Of a stretch of DNA of 54,227 nucleotides, positions 18,537 through 28,218 are shown in pieces. The position numbers and the translations under genes were made by a program. The notes below the pieces were generated by a model. That model did not search any database. It was given only the letters and a program-made list of their open reading frames with translations, and was not told the DNA's origin. The stretch spans positions 1-54,227 of the forward strand of contig CAZWVC010000001.1 in assembly GCA_964637245.1 (NCBI GenBank), written 5' to 3'. How positions within the stretch are numbered: position 1 is the first letter of the stretch; each line of letters opens with the position of its first letter. Source of the DNA: an uncultured Desulfocapsaceae bacterium (GTDB lineage: Bacteria; Desulfobacterota; Desulfobulbia; Desulfobulbales; Desulfocapsaceae).

Positions 18537-19067
18537 ATGTTACCTAGAATTTTGATTTTCTCTTTTTGTGTTGCGATCTCTTTGGTGGTAAACATCTACC
18601 AAGTCAAAGCTGAACATCATAATGCAAATGTTTCAAAAAATATTCAGAAATTGATCCACGAAAGGGAATGTATTAATTGCGATTTACAGAGAGCAAACCT
18701 AGTCGGTGCTAATCTTAAACAGGTTAATTTGACTCATGCAAACTTGAATTTTGCCCTACTTCACCTCGCAACACTGAGAGGGGCAAATTTGCAAAATGCC
18801 TCTCTCTTGGGTACGAGTTTTAATGGGGCGGATATTTCAGAAGCGGATTTCAGAGGTGCAGATACAGCCGGGGCGTCATTTTCAGGAGCTTACAAAGAAA
18901 ATGCTTTATTTGGAATTCTTCCTAATAAAGTGGAAATCGCTGGTGATGATGACGAGAATAGAGTTGTTGATGATCATTCCTTGCCAGGAAACTCTTTGCA
19001 ACTTGAATCGAGCAATGCTCCCCAGCCTAAAAAGATAAAATATTTCAATCACCCAATCATTAATTAG
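18537..19067 (+). CDS. Secreted pentapeptide-repeat protein
   Basis: Signal peptide, ECINCDL cap, A(N/D)LXX repeats. ATG immediately follows the nuclease stop codon. Confidence 0.88.
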   Translation: MLPRILIFSFCVAISLVVNIYQVKAEHHNANVSKNIQKLIHERECINCDLQRANLVGANLKQVNLTHANLNFALLHLATLRGANLQNASLLGTSFNGADISEADFRGADTAGASFSGAYKENALFGILPNKVEIAGDDDENRVVDDHSLPGNSLQLESSNAPQPKKIKYFNHPIIN

Positions 19068-19152
19068 TTAACCTTTTCGTATTTATTCAGGTTTGCAAAC
19101 AGATGGATAGATTTTGGTTTAATTATAGCAGGTGAAGAATTCAATATGCGCA

Positions 19153-19722
19153 TCAAATATCGGCAATAATCTCTAAGGAATCGCCTATTCGAACATCAGG
19201 GTCCTGAGTGGAATCTCGGAGCACATTCTCTATCTTATCAAGCCTTAGTTGCAGTTTTGCAACAGCGATTTCAAGGTTCTGGATTGTTTCAGATGCGGCA
19301 TGTTCTGTGGTATCCATTGCTTCATGTATATCTCTCGCATTTTTAAGCAGCGATCGTATATTGATAATTTTTTCAATGCGAAGAAATAGCTCGTCGAAGT
19401 TTATTGGTTTCTCTAAATAGTCAACTGCACCTTTTTTCATTGCCTCTACAGCAGTGTCAACAGATGAATGAGCAGTTATAAGTACAACCTCAATGTCCTG
19501 ATTTATACCTTTTGCAATATCAAGTACTTCTATTCCCCCGATCCCCCCTGGCATCATTAAATCGGTAAGGACAACATCATAATGTTTTTGGTTTAACAGT
19601 TCTTCAGCTTTGTAGCCATCCTCAGCGACATCTACATCATAAGCGGCTTTTTTTAAGCGTTGTTCTAACAAGCGACGAATAACTGGGTCATCATCTACAA
19701 CTAGTATAGATAAGGTATCCAT
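19153..19722 (-). CDS. Response regulator (REC plus coiled coil, no obvious DNA-binding domain)
   Basis: LVVDDD, TDLMMP, TAH, KP. Start moved to ATG 19722 after GAGGAGG. Confidence 0.85.
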   Translation of the reverse strand: MDTLSILVVDDDPVIRRLLEQRLKKAAYDVDVAEDGYKAEELLNQKHYDVVLTDLMMPGGIGGIEVLDIAKGINQDIEVVLITAHSSVDTAVEAMKKGAVDYLEKPINFDELFLRIEKIINIRSLLKNARDIHEAMDTTEHAASETIQNLEIAVAKLQLRLDKIENVLRDSTQDPDVRIGDSLEIIADI

Positions 19723-19735
19723 GATTAGGACCTCC

Positions 19736-20572
19736 TCACTTTTTCTGGTAGAAAATTGATCGCAGATGTCTTTTGGGGATAAACCTAGGACAGACACCGG
19801 TGAGTGATTCGGTTGAACCGATCACAAGAAAGCCGTCATCAACTAGGCTATCTGCAATTTTATTAAATAATTTTTTTCTGTCCTGGAGCGTAAAGTAAAT
19901 GGCAACATTTCTACAAAAGATTATGTCAAACTTGCCAAGGGCTGCAAAAGGTGTCATCAGATTTATTTTGCGGAAGTTAACCATTGATCTGATATCATCT
20001 TTAATCTTCCAGAAATCTCCGCTCGGGGAAAAATACTTTTGCAATTGAGCCCGAGGTAAACCTCTTTCTATCTCAAATTTATTATATTTACCATAGCTTG
20101 CCTGAGAAATCGCATTGTCAGAAATATCAGTCCCAAGCAGTTTAAGATTATACCGTGATAAATCTGGGACGAGCTCTTTTATAACGATTGCTATGGAATA
20201 TAACTCCTGGCCGGTTGAGGCTGCGGCACTCCAAATTTTTATATTGGTTTTCAGTGTAGTGGATTTAGGGGTTCTGGCATCTATTACTTCGGGCAAGATT
20301 TTATGCTGCAGCAATTCAAATGGGCCTTTATCACGAAAAAAAAGGGTTTCATTTGTAGAGATGGCATCTATGATTTTCCGCTCAATCTTTTTGGCACGAT
20401 CTGCCTTGGCCTTGTTAAGTAGATCCTGAAATGTTTTACATCCCAACTCTTCAGCAACAGAACTCAACCGTGTTTCGAAGAGGTAAGTTTTCTTCTGATC
20501 GAGATATATCCCTGATATATCATAGATATATTGGGATATTGTTTTAATTTCGTTGGAGCTAATTTTTATCAT
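19736..20572 (-). CDS. cheR: Chemotaxis methyltransferase CheR
   Basis: STNETLFFRD, IWSAAASTGQE.YS, GTDIS, FDIIFCRNV. Confidence 0.96.
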   Translation of the reverse strand: MIKISSNEIKTISQYIYDISGIYLDQKKTYLFETRLSSVAEELGCKTFQDLLNKAKADRAKKIERKIIDAISTNETLFFRDKGPFELLQHKILPEVIDARTPKSTTLKTNIKIWSAAASTGQELYSIAIVIKELVPDLSRYNLKLLGTDISDNAISQASYGKYNKFEIERGLPRAQLQKYFSPSGDFWKIKDDIRSMVNFRKINLMTPFAALGKFDIIFCRNVAIYFTLQDRKKLFNKIADSLVDDGFLVIGSTESLTGVCPRFIPKRHLRSIFYQKK

Positions 20573-20604
20573 TACGTATGTTGCTGTTCACCTAAGCGTT
20601 TTAA

Positions 20605-21726
20605 TTACTTCAGGCTTTTAAGAATTTCATCTGCAATCTTGTCCAATGGTGCTACAACATCTACCATACCGGATTCAATTGGGGTTTTTGGCATGCCATA
20701 TACAACGCAAGTCTTTTCATCTTGGGCAATAATTAAACTGTCTTTGTTCTTGAGTATTTCAAGTCCTTTTGTACCGTCGTTTCCCATTCCGGTCATAATA
20801 ACCGCTGTGGTTCGGCCCACGTAGTAATCAGCAACCGATCTAAAAAGATAATCTACAGAAGGTTTGCATGAATTTTCAGGTGGATCGTTGGTTATCTTTA
20901 TTTTTCGGTTTAGCCCATCTGCACTAGCTACAAGTTTCATCTGCTTACCGCCAGGAGCAATGTAAACAGTGTCATTCTCAAGTGACTCTCGATCGACTGC
21001 TTCTTTTACTGTAAGTTTACATTTTTTATTTAAACTTGCTGCAAGCGATTTGGTAAAAACCGGAGGCATATGCTGTACAATAACAATTGGCACACCTATT
21101 TTTCCAGGTAGTTTCGGTAAGACCTGGGATAGGGCGTTGGGACCACCAGTTGAAATACCTATGGTTACAATTTCCGACTTCCCCCAACGTTTTGATTTGA
21201 TGGCAGTTGTAGCCTTCTGGTTACCAGTGGTATCTTTTCTTGTAATTGGTTTAAGCGCTGGGGATGGTCTTTTGCTATATTGCCCAGATTTACCTTGAAG
21301 ACCTGGTGCAATCAAGGACCTTGCATAAGCTTTGACCATTGGATAAATGAGTTTTTTAATCTCATTTTTTCCTTCTGTAAAATTTTTACTTTGCGGTTTA
21401 AGGATAAAATCAAAGGCACCGAGCTCGAGTGCTTTTAGAGTCATTTCTCCACCTTCAGCCGTAAGAGTGGAGAGCATGATGGCACCGACATTAATTTTTT
21501 CTTTCTGTATCTCAGCCAAAACCTCTAAACCGTTCATGACAGGCATTTCTATATCTAGGGTGAGAAGGTCTGGTTTCAGGCTCTTAATCTTTGAAAGAGC
21601 AATTTTGCCGTTATGAGCGATACCAACAAGTTCCACTTCTGGCAGCGACTCCATTATCTCAGTAACGGCTTTGCGGTAGACAATTGTATCATCGACTACC
21701 AATACTCGTAATTTCTTTTTCAGCAT
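20605..21726 (-). CDS. cheB: Chemotaxis methylesterase CheB
   Basis: N-terminal REC and catalytic GISTGG, QHMP, MTGMGNDG. Confidence 0.96.
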   Translation of the reverse strand: MLKKKLRVLVVDDTIVYRKAVTEIMESLPEVELVGIAHNGKIALSKIKSLKPDLLTLDIEMPVMNGLEVLAEIQKEKINVGAIMLSTLTAEGGEMTLKALELGAFDFILKPQSKNFTEGKNEIKKLIYPMVKAYARSLIAPGLQGKSGQYSKRPSPALKPITRKDTTGNQKATTAIKSKRWGKSEIVTIGISTGGPNALSQVLPKLPGKIGVPIVIVQHMPPVFTKSLAASLNKKCKLTVKEAVDRESLENDTVYIAPGGKQMKLVASADGLNRKIKITNDPPENSCKPSVDYLFRSVADYYVGRTTAVIMTGMGNDGTKGLEILKNKDSLIIAQDEKTCVVYGMPKTPIESGMVDVVAPLDKIADEILKSLK

Positions 21727-21727
21727 T

Positions 21728-22165
21728 TTAATCTTCTATGCTTAAAACTTTATCAACATCTAGTATGCCAATAAGTTCATTTTCAGTTTTGTACACACCG
21801 GTAAAGAACTCCCCCTGAATACCACCCATGTTTGCTGGAGCATGCTCCTTTTTTTCCATATCTGCTTCTACTACATCGCTAATCTGACGTACCAGAAGTC
21901 CGACATGTCCACCCTCAGAATTAACAATGATATTTCGGGGATCTTTAGAAAGATCCGTTTCACCAAGACCTAGTTTTTTTCCTAGATCAATAATAGTGAC
22001 GATTTGACCCCGCAAATTTAAAATACCAATTACGTATTCAGGTGCCTGGGGAACCTTGGTCATCTGCATCAGCTTATTAATTTCTTGAACTTTCAGAATA
22101 TCCATGCCGCAAAGAGCATTGCCAACATAGAACGTTGCAAGTTCTACGATATTTTTATTACTCAT
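21728..22165 (-). CDS. cheW: Coupling protein CheW
   Basis: VQEI...TKVPQAPEYVIGILNLRGQIVTIIDL. Confidence 0.95.
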   Translation of the reverse strand: MSNKNIVELATFYVGNALCGMDILKVQEINKLMQMTKVPQAPEYVIGILNLRGQIVTIIDLGKKLGLGETDLSKDPRNIIVNSEGGHVGLLVRQISDVVEADMEKKEHAPANMGGIQGEFFTGVYKTENELIGILDVDKVLSIED

Positions 22166-22229
22166 GGTTATCTCACTCTATATTTTCGTTAACGCGTAAA
22201 ATTTATTCATCTAAATAAGCGTATAGTAT

Positions 22230-25217
22230 TTAATGGTAGCGTTTGACATAGTCATGAACACATGCCATTAAACGCTCTTTGTCGAGTTTGATATGGTATT
22301 CATCTATACCAACCGCTTTTCCCTTTGCCACATCTTCTTCGCCAGCAAGGGTGGTGAGCGCGACGACTGGGAATTTGGAGTATCGGGAATCATTTTTTAT
22401 TTTTTCCGTTAGCTCAAAACCATCCATGTTTGGCATCTCAATGTCTGTTACTATCATGGTAATATCATCGGCATGTTCCTGGAGAAGATCCCAGGCAATC
22501 TGACCATCTTCTGCTTCGATAACCTTATAGCCAGCCTCAGACATGTACCCTTTCACCTGATTCCTGAAGAAATTTGAATCCTCTGCAATAAGCAGGGTGG
22601 GGGGATCTTTCTCTGTATTCTCGGTTACTTCAAAGACGACTTGGTCTTCAAACCATTCGGGGAAAATTGTTTCTACAATCTCGAATACATTAACCAGCAT
22701 GGTGGTGTGTTTGGCAATAATCGCAGATCCCATAATCCCAGGTTGCCGTAAAGTGACATCATCAATTTCCACAGATACTTCAATCGCATCAATGGGACCT
22801 ATTGCCAATAATCCTATGGCGCGGTTACGGATATTGAAAACAATGACCAAGAGGTTGTCATGATCAGCAAGTGGCTGGACCATGGCGACATCATCAATGG
22901 CAAGCAGTGAAAGGCTGCCTCCTCGATACTGCATTACCCTTTTACCACCAAGTTCCTCAATATCAGATCGTTTGATCTTTTCAATTCGCTCAACCTGATT
23001 GAGTGGTACAGCGAATTGTTCTTCTTCAGAACTCTGGAATATGAGAAGTGATTGCTTGTCTTTCTTTGCTCTGATAGATTCCTCCTGGGCAATTGCGACA
23101 TCTGAGGCTCGGTCTGTCCCATCTATTGAGGTAAGATTTGCCATCTTTGCTAAATTGCTAACATCGAGAATGAGAGCGATCCGGCCATCTCCCATGATAG
23201 TTGCTCCAGCATAACCCTTGCACTGCTGCAGATGCCTACCAAGAGGTTTGATAACAATTTCTTCAGAGTCTTGCAGTTTGTCTACAATTAATCCATACTT
23301 CATGGCACCTGTCGATACAACAACAATATTGAGTGCACTCGAAGCTGCATGTCGTCTATCCTTCCCGGATCGCTGTCCTCTTTCTTCCGCTCCATTGTCT
23401 GACGTTTCTGGAGCTTCTGTCTGGTCATTGAAAGGGGGATATTCCTGACTTCGCCTGTCAGAAATCAATTTTCTACGATCGGGTTTAATTTTACCATCGT
23501 TAGAATCGTAGTACGTCCTCTCAATACCAATCACATCTGCTAAACGAATTAAAGGCAATAAATTTCCGCGTAATCTTACAACCTCGGCATCACCTACACG
23601 CTCAACTCTCTCTTTTACCTGGCTGGCAGGAATGCGAAGCAACTCTTCGAGGTTGACTTGGGGTATTGCATACCGCTCACCACCAGTCATAATGATCTGG
23701 CAGGGTATAATTGCCAAGGTTAAGGGAAGCTTAATCGAAATTGTAGTGCCATTGCCTACTTCTGAGATGATGTCAACGTGTCCACCTAGCTTGTCCAGGT
23801 TGGTCTTAACCACGTCCATTCCAACACCACGGCCTGAAACATCAGTTACCTGACTGGCGGTGGAGAATCCCGGTAGGAAAATAAGATTAACCTTTTCCTT
23901 GTCAGACATCACCTGTGTTTGTTCGGGAGTTAGCAGGCCTTTGTTAATCGCACTTGCAGCAAGTGCTTCTCCATCTAAACCTTTACCATCATCGCTGATT
24001 TCTATAACAACCTGACCTGCCTCGTGATAGGCCTTAAGAATTACGATGCCATTTTCGGTTTTCCCCTTTTTCCGTCTTTCATCAGGCATTTCTATACCAT
24101 GATCAACGGAATTGCGAACCAAGTGAGTCAAGGGGTCATTGATGGATTCTATAATGGTTTTGTCGAGTTCTACATCTTTACCAACGATTGTCAGGTCTAT
24201 TTTTTTATTCAGTTTCCCTGATAAATCCCTGACAACACGAGGGAACTTGTTAAATACATTTCCAATTGGCTGCATTCTTGTGAGCATTATAGCTTCTTGC
24301 AGCTCAGAGGTGATGAGATCAATACGTTGGCCCACTGTTTCTGCATTTCGAAAGTCTTCGGCTCCAATGGTCTGCAACAATTGGTTTCTACTTAAGACCA
24401 ATTCACCAGCAAGATTCATTAGTTGATCAAGAAGGCTTACGTGGACTCTGAGGGATGTATCACCACTAGCTTTTGCTCGAGCAGCAACTTCTGGAGGAGG
24501 CGTGGCACTAGTCGGTGGCATCGTTATCTCAGGTGGTGTTGGTGGTGACGGATTTAACTCAGGAGGAGGTGATTGCACATCAACCTCAATTTCTCTCTCA
24601 GCAGCTGTTTCATGTGGAGTTTCTTGTGATGCTTTCTGTTCTGATTCTTCTGGTGATTCTGCAGGAATTTCTTCTCTATTTTCCTCATCAGGGATAGTCA
24701 CTTCATCTTCCACTTCTGAGATTGCCGCTTCGACTGTTTTGTTGGTATTCTCAAATTGTTCAATTGGTGGAGCCTTCTCTACTTCAGGTGACGATTCGAC
24801 TTTTTCAGATTGTATCTCGGCAGGTTGATAGGTACCGTCAAAAATGGCATTTAGTGGTTCAACATGGGAGGAGATATCGACATCATTAGAACTATGGATA
24901 TCCTCTATCATGCTCCTCAGCTGATCTGAACCGAGCAACAGAATATTAATGATTTCGGGATTTGGTATGAGCTTCTTGCTGCGTATAAGTCCTAGGACAT
25001 TTTCCATGGAATGAGATAGATCTTGAATCCCGGTCAATCCCATAAATCCTGCTCCACCCTTAATAGAATGAGCGGCACGGAAAACTTTGTTGACCAAATC
25101 CTCATCTATGTTTTCCCCGGCTTCCTCAATGGCGAGAAGATCGTTTTCAATATCAGCAAGGTGTTCAAGTGATTCTTCTATAAAGCCTTGCAATATTTCA
25201 TCATCTTCAATCTGCAT
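22230..25217 (-). CDS. cheA: Hybrid chemotaxis kinase CheA (Hpt-dimerisation-HATPase-CheW-CheW-REC)
   Basis: FRAAHSIKG, LTHLVRNSVDHG, DDGKG, SGRGVGMDVV, LPLTLAI, second CheW-like domain, C-terminal AEDS...TDIEMP. Confidence 0.95.
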   Translation of the reverse strand: MQIEDDEILQGFIEESLEHLADIENDLLAIEEAGENIDEDLVNKVFRAAHSIKGGAGFMGLTGIQDLSHSMENVLGLIRSKKLIPNPEIINILLLGSDQLRSMIEDIHSSNDVDISSHVEPLNAIFDGTYQPAEIQSEKVESSPEVEKAPPIEQFENTNKTVEAAISEVEDEVTIPDEENREEIPAESPEESEQKASQETPHETAAEREIEVDVQSPPPELNPSPPTPPEITMPPTSATPPPEVAARAKASGDTSLRVHVSLLDQLMNLAGELVLSRNQLLQTIGAEDFRNAETVGQRIDLITSELQEAIMLTRMQPIGNVFNKFPRVVRDLSGKLNKKIDLTIVGKDVELDKTIIESINDPLTHLVRNSVDHGIEMPDERRKKGKTENGIVILKAYHEAGQVVIEISDDGKGLDGEALAASAINKGLLTPEQTQVMSDKEKVNLIFLPGFSTASQVTDVSGRGVGMDVVKTNLDKLGGHVDIISEVGNGTTISIKLPLTLAIIPCQIIMTGGERYAIPQVNLEELLRIPASQVKERVERVGDAEVVRLRGNLLPLIRLADVIGIERTYYDSNDGKIKPDRRKLISDRRSQEYPPFNDQTEAPETSDNGAEERGQRSGKDRRHAASSALNIVVVSTGAMKYGLIVDKLQDSEEIVIKPLGRHLQQCKGYAGATIMGDGRIALILDVSNLAKMANLTSIDGTDRASDVAIAQEESIRAKKDKQSLLIFQSSEEEQFAVPLNQVERIEKIKRSDIEELGGKRVMQYRGGSLSLLAIDDVAMVQPLADHDNLLVIVFNIRNRAIGLLAIGPIDAIEVSVEIDDVTLRQPGIMGSAIIAKHTTMLVNVFEIVETIFPEWFEDQVVFEVTENTEKDPPTLLIAEDSNFFRNQVKGYMSEAGYKVIEAEDGQIAWDLLQEHADDITMIVTDIEMPNMDGFELTEKIKNDSRYSKFPVVALTTLAGEEDVAKGKAVGIDEYHIKLDKERLMACVHDYVKRYH

Positions 25218-25330
25218 AAAATTACCTCTTTAAGAAAAATATCATGAGTTAAATTAGTTCTATCTATTTTATACATACAGGATTGCAGATGTACAGGGTT
25301 TGATGAAAAAAGAGGTAGGAGCAAACATTA

Positions 25331-25354
25331 TTCTCCCGCACAATGACGGGAGAA
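25331..25354. terminator. Stem-loop downstream of the FKBP gene, possible weak terminator
   Basis: TTCTCCCG-N8-CGGGAGAA perfect 8-bp inverted repeat, poor U-tract. Confidence 0.4.
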
Positions 25355-25384
25355 GAGCTTTGTAGAACTGATAAATTAGATATA

Positions 25385-25831
25385 TTACGAATTGTTTACT
25401 ACTTTGAGGATGTGTACCTCATAGGTTAGATGATGACCGGCAAGTGGGTGATTATAATCAACAGTAACAATGTCATCATTTACTTCCATGATTGTAGCTG
25501 GGACGCTATGTTCTGCACCTTCCTTCTCGACCTTGAGGGAAATTATCATACCTGGTTTTGGATGGACTTTGTCACCAAAGGATTTTCTACTTAAGTCCTG
25601 GAGCAAGATTTTTTGTCTTGCTCCGTAACCTTCTTCCGGGGTGAGTCTAATTGTTTTTGATTCACCTTCGCTAAGACCAACTAGAGCTTGTTCTAGGGTC
25701 GGTGGAAGATCCTGATTACCAATCTTAATGGTTAAGGGGTTATCCTTTTCCGTCTTTTTAAAAACATCACCATTGTCAAGCTTTCCAATATAACTAATTG
25801 TTATTGTGGATATTTCAGTAATTTTTGTCAT
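25385..25831 (-). CDS. FKBP-type peptidyl-prolyl isomerase, SlyD/SlpA-like without His-rich tail
   Basis: Y.GKL.NG..F, L.PEEGYG, VDYNHPLAG..L. Confidence 0.9.
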   Translation of the reverse strand: MTKITEISTITISYIGKLDNGDVFKKTEKDNPLTIKIGNQDLPPTLEQALVGLSEGESKTIRLTPEEGYGARQKILLQDLSRKSFGDKVHPKPGMIISLKVEKEGAEHSVPATIMEVNDDIVTVDYNHPLAGHHLTYEVHILKVVNNS

Positions 25832-26008
25832 TGTGATTTTTCCGTTGGAATAAAAGTTAATATTTCTCCTGAGGAGTCAAGTTCTTGTTAATGAAGCCTT
25901 TTCATTTACACAAATAATATCAATTAGGAAATAAAATAAAAATAGAGGATCATCATGCAAGATATATTTTCTTCTTCAACAAACTGATAAAGAGCGGTGA
26001 AGCTGAAC

Positions 26009-26037
26009 TTGACAAATAAAAGTGACCAGCATAATGT
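26009..26037 (+). promoter_or_regulatory. sigma70 promoter for hisI-hisG
   Basis: TTGACA-N17-TAATGT. Confidence 0.6.
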
Positions 26038-26148
26038 AGTGCGTTCCGAAGAGATCATAGAGTTTTTCTCTACTTAATGGGTTTATCGTGAACTGCAGGA
26101 AATAATACCGGCTGAAATATGGTTTAAATCAATTAAACATTTAATCAT

Positions 26149-26529
26149 ATGATAAAATTAGATTTTAACAAAAGCAGCGAAGGAATTTTACCAGCCATTG
26201 CACAGGATTTCCAGACTGGTGAAATACTAATGCTAGCCTACATTAACCAGGAAGCTTTCACTAAAACTATTGAAACTAAAAAAGCTCATTACTGGAGCAG
26301 ATCGAGAAATGAACTGTGGCTTAAAGGCAAGACATCAGGGCATATTCAGGAAATTCACGATATCATGGTGGACTGTGATCTAGATACAGTTATCTACAAA
26401 GTGAATCAGCTAGGTGATGCAGCATGTCATAAAGGTTATAAGTCATGTTTTTATCGCATGGTGCAAAACGGTGAATTGCATACCATCGGAGATAGGGTTT
26501 TTGACCCTGCCGATGTTTATAAAAAATAA
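26149..26529 (+). CDS. hisI: Phosphoribosyl-AMP cyclohydrolase
   Basis: YWSRSR..LW.KG.TSG, DCD.D, ACHKG..SCFYR. Confidence 0.95.
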   Translation: MIKLDFNKSSEGILPAIAQDFQTGEILMLAYINQEAFTKTIETKKAHYWSRSRNELWLKGKTSGHIQEIHDIMVDCDLDTVIYKVNQLGDAACHKGYKSCFYRMVQNGELHTIGDRVFDPADVYKK

Positions 26530-26566
26530 TAAAACTTTGCATATACATAATTTTGGAGCAGAGATA

Positions 26567-27439
26567 ATGACCCAATTAAAATTAGGATTGCCAAAAGGGA
26601 GCTTGGAAAATGCAACCATTGAACTATTTGAAAGTGCAGGGTGGAGAATAAAACCTGCGGCACGAAATTATTTTCCTGAGATTGACGATCCCGAACTTGA
26701 TTGTTCAATTTGCAGACCTCAAGAAATGTCCAGGTATGTTGAAAGCGGAATGCTTGACGCTGGCATTACAGGTAAAGACTGGACGATGGAAAATCTTTCC
26801 GAGGCGGTAATTGTAAGTGATCTGATTTATTCTAAAGTAAGTAAGAAATCAACTAGATGGGTTATTGCTGTTGCAGGCAATTCTGATATCAGAAAACTTG
26901 AAGATCTTGAAGGAAAGAAGATAGCTACAGAACTGGTTAACGTTACAAAAAGATTTTTTGAAGAGCAAAAAATAAATGTTGAAATCGAGTTCTCTTGGGG
27001 TGCAACCGAAGCAAAAGTAGTTTCTGGCCTTGCCGATGCTGTAGTCGAGGTTACTGAGACAGAAAGTACAATAAGAGCTCATGGTTTACGCATAATTCAT
27101 GAATTAATGCAGTCAAACACCCAATTTATTGCGAATAAAGAGGCGTGGAATGACCCCTGGAAGCGAGAAAAAATAGAAAACATTGCTTTACTTCTGCAGG
27201 GAGCCTTGAACGCCGATAGAATAGTCGGTCTGAAGATGAATGTACCAGAGGATAAACTGAAAAACATAGTAGATATACTTCCTAGCTTAAATGCTCCGAC
27301 AATAGCTAATCTATATCAAACCAACTGGTTTTCGGTTGAAACTGTGGTCTCTGAAGACCTGGTTCGTGATCTCATTCCCAGGCTCAAGAAAAATGGAGCA
27401 GAAGGGATTATAGAGTATGCCTTAAATAAAGTAATCTAA
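26567..27439 (+). CDS. hisG: ATP phosphoribosyltransferase (long form)
   Basis: LKLGLPKGSL, DAGITG.DW, GATEAK, ETESTIRA.GL, C-terminal regulatory domain. Start moved to ATG 26567 after GGAG. Confidence 0.95.
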   Translation: MTQLKLGLPKGSLENATIELFESAGWRIKPAARNYFPEIDDPELDCSICRPQEMSRYVESGMLDAGITGKDWTMENLSEAVIVSDLIYSKVSKKSTRWVIAVAGNSDIRKLEDLEGKKIATELVNVTKRFFEEQKINVEIEFSWGATEAKVVSGLADAVVEVTETESTIRAHGLRIIHELMQSNTQFIANKEAWNDPWKREKIENIALLLQGALNADRIVGLKMNVPEDKLKNIVDILPSLNAPTIANLYQTNWFSVETVVSEDLVRDLIPRLKKNGAEGIIEYALNKVI

Positions 27440-27585
27440 CTTGTGGTAAAAGTGATTTGTTTGGTTCAATAAATTGCACCTTGTGAAAGCTGTTTAGAAA
27501 GTAATGGAAGGTATAAGAGGTTCCTTGTTTGATCCCTTTTTTTTAATAGGTTCCAATAATAACTGAAAAATGTCACCACATTTAA

Positions 27586-28167
27586 ATGCTGTACTATAAA
27601 AACATCGAATTTCTATTGAGTGTGCACGCTTTGGCACAACTGCCAGCGCCAGAGTTACCAGAATTTGCCTTTGCAGGAAGGTCTAATGTAGGTAAATCAA
27701 GTTTACTGAACCGGCTGTTTAACCGTAAAGGATTTGTTAAGGTAAGTGGTAAACCAGGCAAAACTCAAGGTTTGAATTATTTTCAAGTCGACGGGGAAGC
27801 TTATATGGTAGATTTGCCAGGATATGGCTATGCAAAGGTTGCAAAAAACATTCAGCTTGGTTGGCAAAAGTTAATAACATCTTATTTGGAAAAAAGGGAA
27901 AACCTTTGTTGTGTTGTTGTCATCTTCGACATACGTCATCCCCCCAAACCTCATGATAATCAACTGCTTAACTGGTTAAGGACAAAATCCATTGGTTATC
28001 TACCTGTGTATACAAAAGCTGATAAATTATCAGGAAACCAGCGACAGAAAAATGCTGCAATCCTTGATGCTGGGCATACAATAAGACCCAATGATCGTGT
28101 TATCTTCTCTGCTCACACGGGGATGGGGTTAGATGAATTAAAAAGCGCTCTTACCCAATTCTTATAA
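27586..28167 (+). CDS. engB: Ribosome biogenesis GTPase EngB/YihA/YsxC
   Basis: GRSNVGKS, PGKTQ, DLPGYG, TKADK. Confidence 0.95.
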   Translation: MLYYKNIEFLLSVHALAQLPAPELPEFAFAGRSNVGKSSLLNRLFNRKGFVKVSGKPGKTQGLNYFQVDGEAYMVDLPGYGYAKVAKNIQLGWQKLITSYLEKRENLCCVVVIFDIRHPPKPHDNQLLNWLRTKSIGYLPVYTKADKLSGNQRQKNAAILDAGHTIRPNDRVIFSAHTGMGLDELKSALTQFL

Positions 28168-28218
28168 CAGAGCATCTGGTTGTTGTGATTTTGGAACCAA
28201 ACAGTAAACAGAAAATGG

